Of a stretch of DNA of 64,000 bases, positions 13,031-25,031 are shown in pieces (position 1 is the first letter of the stretch; every line of letters starts with the position of its first letter). The stretch is taken from positions 1,726,951 through 1,790,950 of the forward strand of contig NC_068997.1 in NCBI RefSeq assembly GCF_001194135.2, in the 5' to 3' direction. Below the pieces are notes generated by a model that saw only the letters and a program-made list of their open reading frames with translations, had not been told where the DNA came from and ran no database searches. Both the position numbers and the translations under genes were made by a program. The stretch comes from Octopus bimaculoides (Eukaryota).

Positions 13031-13736
13031 ATTCCTCTGCTATTAAAGCATAGATAACTTGTCATACTCAGCCCGAGTGATGCCCTCAAGAGTCAATGCA
13101 GCTTCGACGTTTGATGTCTTTTTGTTGCACGTGGATGAAGCGCAGTTGAGAAAAGTTAGAGAGAAATAGAACGCTATGCCGTTCGCTTAAGTTTGAACGT
13201 TGTGTATGTGAGGCCAAAACTACACCATTTGTGGTGTGTGTGTGTGTGTGGGGGGGGGAGTATGTGTGTGTTAGTGTGTGCATGCGCGTGCGCGTGTGTG
13301 TTTATTAAGACATGTAGGAGTAGATTCTAATTCTAGTTATGTTCTAATTAAAATGAGACAACTTTATTTCAAATTGTGCCGTTTCAAATTCACTATAAAT
13401 AGCCTTTTAATATGACCTTCATTGCGGATCTAAATCTAACTACTGAAAACTTACTACAGAAACACATTAGAAAAGCTTTCTCAATAGAAGTTTACATTTA
13501 CAAAATAAATTATCGATTAACAACAGCATTCAGTTCAGTTACTCTCTAGTGAGCATGGTCTCATTGATGTTACATCTCATGGAAACCCAATTAATCTTCA
13601 CCATTCCTCAATATGCAATTAACATGCAATTTAGCTAATAACGAAATATTGGTTTAAACCGGAAGTGAAGACTGATATCCCACACTGTGCGCATCGTTTG
13701 GATCAAAATTTATATAGGAGTCCAACTATCAGAGTA

Positions 13737-13931
13737 CAGTAGAACCTCGGTTTTCGAAAAGCTCTGATCACAAATAAATCGTACTTCAGCTTTTGTCTTT
13801 CTCATATTCATTTAATACAATATTACCTCGGTTTACGAACGCCTCTTATCACGAATAAATCGTGCTTTATACATGTATATAAATCACGAAATATTCGCGA
13901 TCAGAGTTGTTCGAAAAGCGAGGAACTACTC
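13737..13931. mobile_element. Tigger/pogo-like MITE (195 bp), TA target duplication
   Basis: 33-nt TIRs CAGTAGAACCTCGGTTTTCGAAAAGCTCTGATC vs GAGTAGTTCCTCGCTTTTCGAACAACTCTGATC (27/33), TA on both flanks, internal TIR-like repeat at ~13824-13863. Confidence 0.85.
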
Positions 13932-14139
13932 TATTTACACGTCAGGTAAGGTCAGTTTTTACATGTTCAGTTTCGTAGCATCACTAAGATTAAAAGCTAA
14001 ATATTCCAGCAGATTACATAATATCTACAATAAATAATAAATAAACGCTGAACGCGTATATGCACTTGGTACAATATTGAATCAATGTTTTGTTTAGTGT
14101 TATAACTGACAACCCATATATATATATGTGTGTGTATAC

Positions 14140-14145
<6 letters not shown>

Positions 14146-14211
<66 letters not shown>
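14146..14211. repeat. Perfect (TA)n microsatellite
   Basis: Directly visible. Confidence 0.95.
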
Positions 14212-14213
<2 letters not shown>

Positions 14214-14465
14214 TAAATATATATTATTCTTTCTATGTGAATATATAGATTTAATTATTGTTTCTTAGGCAATATATTTTTTGTTAATATTTCAAATTTA
14301 ATATTCTAGATAAATACGAATATAAATAGCTGCCAGAACAAACTTCCGTTTCCTATTAATTTAAAAACAACTTCAGACAAATAATGAGAAAAATTCGCTA
14401 TTTTTTACTTGTTACCAGAAAATAAACAAAACCTAAAATTTATAACCTTTCTAAACTAATCTTAA

Positions 14466-14507
<42 letters not shown>

Positions 14508-15526
14508 GCATACATGCAATACACACACACACACTCAGCCACACACACACACACACACATAGACACACACACGCGCACACACATACACACACACAAACAC
14601 ACGCACACACATAGTTGTGTGTGTATATGTATATATTTGCGTTTCTGCACATTTGTAGGTACTGCAGTGTGTTCATATATTTATACCATCGTGTCTACAT
14701 TATTTTTGGACTTCGGTGCCAGCATAGGAAACGGACGTTAAATGATAATGACTTTCTACATATGAAATGTGTAGTGAATAAATATATTCAATGCCAACTA
14801 ACACATAGCCTCATATGCACCACACTCATAACTGGTGTATGAGTGCGTATATATTTGAATGGGAATGTTTTATTTTTGTCATGAACTACCTTGCTATCTT
14901 GACATTTCTTTAAGGAGATATCTTTCTACAACCCACTTCCTGAAACTCTAAAGATTTAGTGTCTCCTGATATAGAAACTAGTTTATGTCTGTCACGCCTC
15001 AAACTTTTTGGATACATTTGCATGATTGCTTAGTTGGAATGGTAAGGGAAATAAGCATGATATTTTCCAGAGCTTCCGAAATTGGTGAAGAGAGAGGCAG
15101 ACCTTATCTCAGAACGGCGACTTGGGTCAAATATTAACAACTCAGAAAGCTCCGTTAAATGTTACTACAGACCGGTGGTTGGTAGTACAAAAGTTGACAT
15201 ATTTTATTTACCTCCTCAAAGCAGAGAAATCTCACATGAAGTCATTCCACACAGCTTTTTCCCCCCACCAAATTCTGCTGTTATGGTAAGAAACATTTTC
15301 CAAGGTGTAGTGTTGTGAAATCGAACCCAAGATATCGTCACTAAGCCGTGAACTTTTTACTCCTAAAGTATTGGCTGCGCTTAAATTGATTTTCTGAGTC
15401 AAAAGAAATTCAAAAGAGTTTATAACTTTTACCGAATAACTATGAAACCTACTGCAATTTTTTTAGTGTTCTTACTGTTGCTGTTTACGCTCAAGTTACT
15501 ATAATCTATGACAAGTATTCTACATT

Positions 15527-15663
15527 AAAATTTCGCCGAGGTTCACCTTGCCTTTCATCCTTTCGGGGTTGATAAAATAGGTGCCTGATGAGCGCTCGTA
15601 TCGATGTAATCGACTTATTTCTGCTCCAAACTTGCTGGCCATGCGCCATAATTTGAAACCAAA
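15527..15663 (+). mobile_element. SINE family A, 5'-truncated (tail type 2)
   Basis: CGCCGAGGTTCACCTTGCCTTTCATCCTTTCGGGGTTGATAAAATAGG..TTTGAAACCAAA. Confidence 0.85.
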
Positions 15664-15860
15664 TATATGACAATCACTAGAAGAAGCACTTCACCCGAGA
15701 TGATCGGATTTTGCATAGCAGTGTAGCTATGTCTACATTGTCTTGTGTTGTCAGTACTCTTTCACGAAAATAAGATTAGGATGAACGTTTTATTAAAACT
15801 GCGAATTGTATTACAAAGTAACTATAATTGAGAATTTTGTGAGCATTCCCATATTAAAGT

Positions 15861-16617
15861 CCTCGTTTTCATGCCTGCATGGGTCAGATGGAATTTGTTA
15901 AGGCATATTTTTCTGAGGCCAGATGCCTTTCCTGTCACGAGCACCCATCTATTTCCAGACGAGGTTATATATATATCCCTATATACAGTCATTTTCTACG
16001 GGAGATAGGAAAGGAAGAATATGGTTTTTATAGCGGTGTTGCTCGTTTATAACCATCACATGATGCCAAGCCAACAGTACACATGCGAGTATGCGTGTAT
16101 ATATANNNNNNNNNNNNNNNNNNNNNNNNNNNNNNNNNNNNNNNNNNNNNNNNNNNNNNNNNNNNNNNNNNNNNNNNNNNNNNNNNNNNNNNNNNNNNNN
16201 NNNNNNNNNNNNNNNNNNNNNNNNNNNNNNNNNNNNNNNNNNNNNNNNNNNNNNNNNNNNNNNNNNNNNNNNNNNNNNNNNNNNNNNNNNNNNNNNNNNN
16301 NNNNNNNNNNNNNNNNNNNNNNNNNNNNNNNNNNNNNNNNNNNNNNNNNNNNNNNNNNNNNNNNNNNNNNNNNNNNNNNNNNNNNNNNNNNNNNNNNNNN
16401 NNNNNNNNNNNNNNNNNNNNNNNNNNNNNNNNNNNNNNNNNNNNNNNNNNNNNNNNNNNNNNNNNNNNNNNNNNNNNNNNNNNNNNNNNNNNNNNNNNNN
16501 NNNNNNNNNNNNNNNNNNNNNNNNNNNNNNNNNNNNNNNNNNNNNNNNNNNNNNNNNNNNNNNNNNNNNNNNNNNNNNNNNNNNNNNNNNNNNNNNNNNN
16601 NNNNNNNNNNNNNNNNN

Positions 16618-16664
<47 letters not shown>

Positions 16665-16822
16665 ACATGTACACGACAGGCTTATTCCAGTTTATCGCTG
16701 GCAGATTCACTCATGAAGCTTTGGCTCACCGGGGCTAAAATAGATGTCACTTGGCAAAGACGCCGCACAGTGGGTTTGAGCTGGAGACCACTTATTTAGG
16801 AAGCGAGCTTCTTCTCCATAGC
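15861..16822 (-). mobile_element. SINE with family-B head and a different (family C) 3' body, spanning an N gap
   Basis: 16675-16822 is a reverse family-B head/CORE; 15861-16075 is a distinct body (GGGTCAGATGGAATTTG..GGCCAGATGCCTTTCCTGTC). They are linked by (CA/TG)n and a gap, so continuity is inferred. Confidence 0.6.
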
Positions 16823-17150
16823 TTAATTCCTTTGAATGAGACAGTTAGCATCATATAGCTAAGTAAGCTAGACTACGGAGTTCTAGTCACGGCACATTGT
16901 AAAAAGAAACTTATAAAGCATTAATGACAATTTTGAACTTTATAATAACAGCAAAAATACAGTATTTTTGCTGCTGATACCTACGAAAGCGCTATCAGTG
17001 TGAGCAACAACACCAATCGGCTCGTGTAACAGCGTTCGGCTCGGGGAAACCCGAGCGCATGAAAAAAGCTTAAAGCTCTCAATTCCATTTTCTGCGTTTA
17101 TCATTACTATATATGTATATACAGTTACACGTCTGTGTGCGTGTATGGAT

Positions 17151-17189
<39 letters not shown>

Positions 17190-17413
17190 TATTTGGGTGC
17201 AAATGTTGTCAGTATGTCAGTTCTAATTTTCATGGGTGATAATTATATACGATTGTTATCTTTAACCAATCAAAATTTTAAATCAATAAGTAACTCTATC
17301 CCCTACGTGGGAAACCTTTCATTATAGAATAATACTAATTAGTTTGGAGAAGTTTGTATACAGTGGCGTAGGGTGCGATATCTAACGTTTTGGAATTGTC
17401 ACTTTGAAGCTTT

Positions 17414-17415
<2 letters not shown>

Positions 17416-17478
<63 letters not shown>
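17416..17478. repeat. (GA)n microsatellite
   Basis: Directly visible. Confidence 0.95.
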
Positions 17479-17491
<13 letters not shown>

Positions 17492-17520
17492 GAGAGAGTG
17501 GAAAGACCATCTTGATATAA

Positions 17521-17905
17521 AGCGTAGACGTGACTGTATCATAAGAAACTTATTTCCCAAACACATTTTTCCGGGTTCAATCCCACTGCGTGATAACTTG
17601 GGCAAGTGTCTTCTACTAAAGCCTCGAGCCGACTAAACCTTGTCAGTGGATTTGGTAGAGGGAAACTGAAAGAAGGTATATATGTGTGTGTGTGTGTGTC
17701 TTTGTGCTTATGTTTTTCTCCCACCGCAGCTTGACAATCGGTGTTGGTGTGTTTATTTCCCCGTAACTTAGCGGTTCGGCAAAAGGGCCCAATAGAATAA
17801 GTACTAGGCTTAAAAAATAAATCCTGGGGTCAATTTGTTCGACTAAAACTCTTGAAGGCGGTGCTCCAGTATGGCTGCAGTCAAATGACTGAAACCAATA
17901 AAAGA
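17521..17905 (+). mobile_element. SINE family B, full length (in-window reference copy)
   Basis: tRNA-like head with B-box GGGTTCAATCCC (17573-17584), TTGGGCAAGTGTCTTCTAC CORE-like segment, internal (TG)n, tail GCAGTCAAATGACTGAAACCAATAAAAGA. Confidence 0.92.
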
Positions 17906-19569
17906 TGCAGGATAAATGATATTAGCCAATGTCTCACTCATTAGAAATCACATTTATTTATTATCCAATGGATTTTTCTTTTTTTTCGATCCGACTTAAA
18001 GTAGATTGAACTACTTTATTTAGCAGGTCGAGTGACTACCAACAGGCTTCTTTGTTAAACCGATATCATGTAAAGCATTGTGGGCTGTGTACTTCTAATT
18101 AATATTGGATGAAACAATTACGTGGGAATTAAATCTCCATGGATACATTATTATATTGCTGGTGAGGGTTTATAGAAACTTCCAACGTTTTAAGGTATGG
18201 TTCGTCACCTCTTTGAAGCTGTGAATTTTATAAAACCCTGCCATGTGATAATAAAACTAGGATCGATAAAGTTCCTCTTTCAGTTGGGAAAGTCTTTGTG
18301 TAAAAAAATAGCAAACAAATTTTCCTTAAACTGTATCCTGCCTTTATGAAAATGGAAGAAGGCTGTATGGATAATATCGCCATGGAAAGATGGTCAACGA
18401 AGGATGGTCTATAAATAGATCTACTGAATCAGGAATGGTTTGAGCCTAAGCAAGAACAAGGAATTATGATATATCTGGAAATTGAAAGGTCTCACTATTT
18501 GTCTTGGTGTATGATATTGGTAACAAACAATTGCTAAAGTATATTTATCTGGTTTAGACTTTGTTGCTGCCGTTGTTTTAACCCAAGGCCAGCCTGGTTG
18601 TACATACCGTTCATTAAAGGCGTTATACCCATGATCGTCTGTAACAGAAGCAATTTATTAAAGAGGTTACACGTATAACTTTGCCGTGCTTTTTTTTTCT
18701 CTTGCAGAAACAGTTTTTTTCGAATTCTCCGTGCATTCTTTCTATGATCGAGAGAATGGGATAAATAGGAAAGCTAACTGCTATTTCTAGCAAGAGATTA
18801 TATTCAATGAGGCCCAGGAATCGACTCCGGAGACTCAACTTTTATTTCCAGAAAGTGGAACAGTTATACACAAACTCCCTTCTTGACTTGTATTTCATAA
18901 ATAAATTGAAATGGTGGACAGGAGTCAGACTCGATTCTCTTTTTTGACTCTGGAACTCTGCTAAACTGTCAATTACTTCTGTTATTAATCTCACAAGAAT
19001 TCTTTTCAGGTAAACATCGCAATCAGTGTGGCTGGTTTATTTGTATGAGGTTATTTATTACAATAAAGATATTTCGTTGCATTCACCTGTTAAAATAGTC
19101 ATATCAAATTACGTGAGTTGATGTAATTTCTTCAGAGAATTCAAAATATATTTGGAAATTGAGACAAATGCTTTCATAGAAATATTGAAACTGATTTATA
19201 TTATCTCACATTTAAGAATGATATTGTTGTAGAATAGAGCAAATCTGTTCTCGGTGGAACTCTTAACAACTTCATTACGATGATGTGTTTCGAAATTGCC
19301 ACCTCGAATCACGGTTTATTATTTGGTACTACTAATTATTCTCTTGCAAATGGAGCACTATTGATGGCGAGTAATTTCATCAAACGGCTATTATTATCAA
19401 AATTATTCGGCTCTAAATATGAAAAGGTATTCTAAAAATTAACCATTTGTTAGAATCAAAATTCGAGATACTGTTATGAAAAAATGTTTATCAACAAATA
19501 ATTAAGCTATAAATACTACTGTGACATGCTACAACTAACATTACTGCCACCAATACTAATGAATTATCT

Positions 19570-19783
19570 TTAGCCCATATTAACCCACTGTCCTCGTTTG
19601 AGGACAGTGGTATTTGGTTTATTTACGGCAATAAAGTTTAACTGGACGCAAAATAGTGCTTGTATTTATTTAACCATTTTATTTGGCTTATTTACTGCAA
19701 TACGCTTCCGTATGTTTGTTATCCCTAATTATATAACTATCTTCAAAATTTCGACAGGGTTAACCTGGGTTAAAATGGGTTAA
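19570..19783. mobile_element. Small non-autonomous element with TTAACCC-type inverted termini and a subterminal hairpin (piggyBac-like MITE or Helentron/HINE-like)
   Basis: Termini TTAGCCCATATTAACCCA vs TTAACCCATTTTAACCCA (16/18); perfect 11-bp stem CCACTGTCCTC-GTTT-GAGGACAGTGG at 19585-19610; internal 23-bp direct repeat at 19611 and 19680. Confidence 0.6.
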
Positions 19784-20339
19784 TCACTTCGGAGATTGAG
19801 GTAAAATCAATGTAGGAAGCACACTAGCTACGGAGATGTGGGAGGCATCTGGAAATAATGATAGATAGTAGTTGTGTTGAGATCATATCTGTTGACGCCG
19901 GAAGTTTCAGTGTAGATGTTTTAAATCGATCCTTTTGTGTGGAAATATTGGTGTTTGTGTTCGCAACAGAGATACAGACAGAGACATGCATACACACACA
20001 AGCGTGGGTAACTAAACTGATTGTAGCATGCACATTAATGGCTAGAAAATAAGCTATATCGAATTTGTGATATGCTGTTCTCATTAAGCGACAAATGACG
20101 CGAACATCCGATATCCTTGTTAACACATACATTATAGTTTCACGCTGTATTGCACTAAATCGGTCATTCCTCCCCGCCTCCACAGGGTGGCGGTCGAAAG
20201 ATCCAAGAGGAAATTGCAAGACAATGGGGCGATAATGGGGTAGCCAAAAGCGGGTAATGGATAGCACTGATACCCTCCATTTTTTAATGGTACACTCAAG
20301 TTTATTTACAGCAGTAAATAAATCCAAGACACATGCTCT

Positions 20340-21165
20340 CAATTTTGCAGTTTCAACAGTTCTCTACTGAGAATTATAAAGATTTTGAGCGTTTGCTGTT
20401 GCACACAGAAATTCGATGGGTATCAAAGGGAAACTGCCTAAAAGTTTATATTCACATCTTTGAAAAACAGTTGTTGAATTCTCGTAAGGCTCTTTTTCTG
20501 TTCTTTGTGATGAACCAAGAAACATCAAGCATGACATGGCTTATATGGGAGGATATGTTAACAAAGTTGAGTGAACTTCATTTGCAACTGCAAGAAAATA
20601 TGGTTAAAACTTATCAAAGTAAAATCAGCTCTGTCCATGTTTCTGTCCAAATTACGGCTATTCAAATATAACACGAAGGCGTTGTTAATTCTTTCAATTT
20701 CTGAGTCTATGAAATGGAGAAGGAAAAGTACATACCAGAAGTGTATGGTTCACACGTGGATGTGAGACACAGAGGCATGTCTAACAAATTTCAGGATATT
20801 CATATTTGATTGAAATATCAGTCTGGGATTCTCATATGTCAGTAATGATTATTTAAAATAGTAGAACTAGTTTCACTTTAAAATTAGATTGAGCTGGGGG
20901 ATAAAGTTCAAAAAATTATGTATGAATTCTTTATTGCAAAAGTACCTTTCTGACTGCTACCCTGCACTGTGGAACAAAGTGAAGATGTACTTTATTGCCT
21001 TGCCAACATCATATTTTGTAGGTCGGGGTTTCAAAGCCTCGACTCTTTGTAAGTTAAGAAACAGACTGAAAATGAATGCTGGGATCTAAGACTACTCCTT
21101 AGTACCTTTCAGCCTGATATCGAGAAACTGAAATTCCTGCACAATGTACATCCAGTTACAGTGAG
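20340..21165 (+). mobile_element. hAT (Buster/Charlie-like) transposase remnant, fragmented
   Basis: LLLHTEIRWVSKGNCLK, DMLTKLSELHLQLQ, and dimerisation-region YPALWNKVKMYFIALPTSYFVGRGF..RNRL..PDIEKL..H; multiple frameshifts and deletions. A GC-rich CCGCCTCCACAGGGTGGCGG at ~20175 may be its left subterminal region. Confidence 0.88.
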
Positions 21166-22685
21166 ATGTTGATTTGCATTTTCATATTAGAGATTAATTT
21201 ACGGAGAAATTTGCTGGGAAATTTGCAGGGAACTTGCGGGTTGCTTCCTTTGCTAAAATTGGTGTTGCTTGTTGGTTACTAGCGTGATGTGTATCATAAC
21301 TCCAATTCTATTTCAAGTTGCCGAGTAAAAGGCATTCCGATTGCGACCATTCCAGTTTTTTTTTTTATTTTCAAGGCGATTAAAATAGAATTTCATTTTT
21401 ATTTCTAGTTGGTGGTTCGATGTAGCCATGGTTTAACCTAAGATGACAATATATGAATAATCAATGGATTATACAGGCAGTTCATTAGTAAACTTTTACT
21501 GATGGCCTTGAAGGTGTTACTAAATTCAGTGTATGCCTAAACACTTTACTTCAAATATAATCTTACATACAAGACACAATATGAGTGTCGTCGGTCACGC
21601 TGGTATAAGAAGTTTAAAACAACAACAAAGTGGGAGTGAGTGGCAGCCAGAGACACTAACTGTAAGAGAACTATAGTAATAGGTTTTGGCCGGAAGTCGC
21701 TGGTATCTTCATCAAAATAAAACTGCAAATCTGTTTTTATCGTTTCTATATAAGCACAAGTATTAAAGGCAGTGTAACTCCGTAGAAATTATAAACAGAG
21801 GTTTTGTATATAACGCTATGATATCGGTGATGGTAACTTTCAAAAGAATAAACTTGTGGCACTGACTTCTCAGGTATATAAAACTATTATATTCAGAGTC
21901 TAGTTGTTGTAAGAGTTACAATCAATTGCTAAAACATGATACAATGCAAATACTATTTTAGATAGCATTATGCAATTACGTAGGACGCCGTACAACTGTG
22001 TTGATGTTGGCTGATAAAGCAAATCTATGGAAATCTGACATGATGAGACGAGGTTAACTGCTTAAAAACTCCATTTGTTAATTTCTATAAAAATTTAACA
22101 TAGTTTAGATTTAAAAAAAAGAAAAAATACAGTGCATAATTTCCAAACAACCATTTGATATTTCCGAAACAGAATTGATTCTGTGATTTTATGGTCGATT
22201 TATTGGAGACAGCATCGATATTTTGGCGAATCATCAGACTGTATGTTTATAATGAGATGATGAATTAAAGAATACATACCTTTTTATAGACGACGATCCA
22301 AGCTAATTTTCTACCAATTTCATTGACAATCGATTTAAGTAGCTGTTATTCGAATTCTATATGCGTTGATCAACAACTCATATTCTAATGCAGCTCGTAT
22401 TAAAGATCTCCTATCTATCATTAGCAGAGATTAATCAGAATACAAAGCTATATGACAATATTAGCTATACTATTAGGGACTATTATTAATAACGTAGCAA
22501 ATTATCAATTTCTGAGTTTCTCGAGATAGATTACATCAAATTACATATATCTGTGTGTGTATATGCATACGTACGTACATACATACATACATACATACAC
22601 ACACATACATACATACATATATATATATATACACACACATACATACATACATATACATACACACACACACACACANNNNNNNNNN

Positions 22686-22737
<52 letters not shown>

Positions 22738-22743
22738 CAGACG

Positions 22744-22784
<41 letters not shown>

Positions 22785-22790
22785 ACACAT

Positions 22791-23113
22791 ATTACTTGCT
22801 TTAGTCATTCGATGCAGCCATTTTGGGGTACCAACTTTAAGTGTTTTAATTGCATCAATCGACCCTTGTCCTTTAGTTTAAAGTCTGGTATTTGTTTTAT
22901 CGCTAACCTTTGGCGAGCCGTTACATTACGGGAAGGTAAACAGACTACCACCGGTTGGCAAGCGGTGGAGGAGGACAAACACCGACACAAAAACATATAG
23001 ATATACAATTAAACACGTACATACACACGCGCGCCCACACACATACATACTCACACACAAGCACAAACACACACACCTACACTATATATATTACAGACGG
23101 TTTATAGTTTGCC
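22791..23113 (-). mobile_element. SINE family B, diverged 3' half
   Basis: Reverse match to 17660-17905; ends where the Penelope 3' region begins. Confidence 0.75.
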
Positions 23114-23344
23114 TTAGGAATTACGTCCACAAATGGCTTACCTGTATGGTGTATCATTAGATCCCAAAACCTGTTGGCTAAAGGCCTCTCTAGCGAGTGA
23201 ACTCTCTAGAGTATGGAGGAGGAAACGACCCCGTTACTCAATGTAAGAAGGTTGTCTCCCCTTCGCTATCGATCGCCGATGTCAATAAAGGGGATTGTAT
23301 CCCTTTGCGTATCTATTACCAGCGACCCTGTTATCCCATGGGTT

Positions 23345-24818
23345 CCAATAGGCTAGCAGGAAATTCCTAGAATGTAAGCACCGTCCAAAGATTTCCGTTC
23401 TGGAGTTCAGGATGTTCTCTCGATCGACGGAGTCCTTTCGGACCTTCGCCCGTGCATAATTTACAGCGATTGGTTACGTTAATGTAGAGGCCTGGATTTA
23501 TTAGGATTCTCCATGATATTGTGTATGGATCCCGACTTCTATCAGCTGCTATACATTGCTGGCCAATAACGTAACGAATCTCCTTTCCGGTATCCTGAAG
23601 TAGGGTCCGTTGGTTGTTCGAGTTCCCGGAACAGCCGATGTATCTCCGTGGTCGGATGTTGGCGGTCTGAGTCTGTTGATGTTAGCGTCATTGGAGGTGG
23701 TGATGGTGTTGGTGGCGCCACTGCTGGTATTGGTAAAGCTGCTGTTGTTGTTATTATGGCCATCATCATTGATGGAGCCGCTGTCGTTGCTGTTGTCGAT
23801 GTCATTGGTGATGCCTTTGCTACTCTTTCCGTTAGCTATTCTCCCGTTGCTGTCGTCGCTGTTGTTGTTGCTGTTGTTGTTACCGCTGGCGATGGTACTG
23901 CCGCTGGTGCTATTGGAACTGCCGATCCTCCTGCTGTAGCCGTGACCTTTAGGGAAGCTGTTACTAATGCTGCTGCTGCTGTCGGTAGGGATGCTGCCAT
24001 TGCTGTCGTCGCTGTTGTTGTTGTTGTTACCGCTGGCGATGGTGCTGTTGGTTCTGTTCACGTATCTGCTGCTCGCAATATCGGTACTGATGTCTCTGCT
24101 ACTGTGGTCGCCGTTAGGCGAGCTGCTGATGTTGCTGCTGCTGTTAGGGTTGACCAGTACCTCGGTTTCATAGACGACTCCCTTGGTTTCGCACTGGCCC
24201 CTAACTGGGAATCTGTTGCGGTCCCTGCATGAACATCCTACCTCCGCTCGTGGTCTAGGGGTGCTAACTAGAATGCTCTTAATATTGGGCACACAGCTAA
24301 AAGAGAGCCTAAGGTTGTGTCTGTTGAAAATGCGTCCGTATCTATGTGAACATGTGAAATGTTTATCTCTTACGTTACCTACAGAGGGTTTTAGGATAAG
24401 AGAGGCGGGGAAAACCAAATCATATTTCTGTGGTACTTCCTTCTACAGATGTTGGGGCCCGGCATGTAGGAGATGCGGTCCCTAAATCCACTAACATCTA
24501 GGGCCTCGTTATAGTAGGGAACTACTGCATCAAAAATCTCTTGGCTGGGGGAAAGGATCGGGATCCTCTTACTAACACCCTTCACCAGATTTCTGAACAG
24601 GGTGGGTGGGTGACAGGAAGCTCTAGACATGGTGAGGGCGTCATTTCTGTTCAGTGTAAGGAGAAGAACTCTCCTTTTAAGGGTATCAACGATATACAAC
24701 CCGATGAGGTCGCATACATGAGTGTAGTCGTAGGCCCCCATCGCTATGACAAAGGAGCCCGGAGGGTCGGATTGCTAAACCCAGGTCGAACTCTTATTGA
24801 AAGGCGGCGAGAAGACAG
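23345..24818 (-). mobile_element. Penelope-like element: deleted RT plus GIY-YIG endonuclease with a large insertion
   Basis: MGAYDYTHVCDLIGLYI, SCHPPTLFRNL..SKRIPILS..IFD..PYYNEAL..SG, RNMIWFSPP, KHF..RIFNRHNLRLSFSCVPNIKSI, CSCR..PVRGQCETKGVVYETEV, and downstream YTISWRIL..NRCKLCTGE..LNSRTEIFGRCLH..FLL: characteristic PLE RT/linker/GIY-YIG succession. 5' end runs into a 10-N gap. Confidence 0.92.
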
Positions 24819-24828
24819 NNNNNNNNNN

Positions 24829-25031
24829 AGCGTTAGTACTCTGGGCGAAATGCTTAGCGGTCTGCCTTTACATTCTGAGTTCAGATTCCGCCGCGGTCGA
24901 CTCTGCCTTTCATCCTTTCGGGGTCGACAAATTAAGTACCAGTTGCGTACTGGGGTTGATCTAATCGACTACCCCCCCCCCAAAAAAAAACATCAACAAA
25001 GAATTCGTGCCTTGTACCAAGAGTAGAAAAG
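24829..25031 (+). mobile_element. SINE family A (tail type 1)
   Basis: GGGCGAAATGCTTAGCGG..GGTCGACTCTGCCTTTCATCCTTTCGGGGTCGACAAATTAAGTACCAG..GAGTAGAAAAG. Confidence 0.9.

Noticed and set aside
15071-15285. Open 71-codon candidate exon with AG acceptor and G/GTAAGA donor
   Set aside because: The donor and 3' part lie in a decayed reverse SINE head (~15225-15360); peptide unrecognised.
17521-17590. tRNA gene calls at SINE heads (also 328-395, 42835-42887)
   Set aside because: A/B-box-like motifs are present but there is no cloverleaf; these are SINE heads.
23100-23165. Hammerhead ribozyme expected in the Penelope 3' region (CTAATGA on the minus strand)
   Set aside because: Core is mutated, there is no GAAA at the right spacing and no convincing stem II.
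23610-24232. Hydrophobic antisense ORFs (109, 194 and 68 aa) that look like membrane proteins
   Set aside because: They are the opposite strand of the Penelope low-complexity insertion; openness follows from triplet bias.
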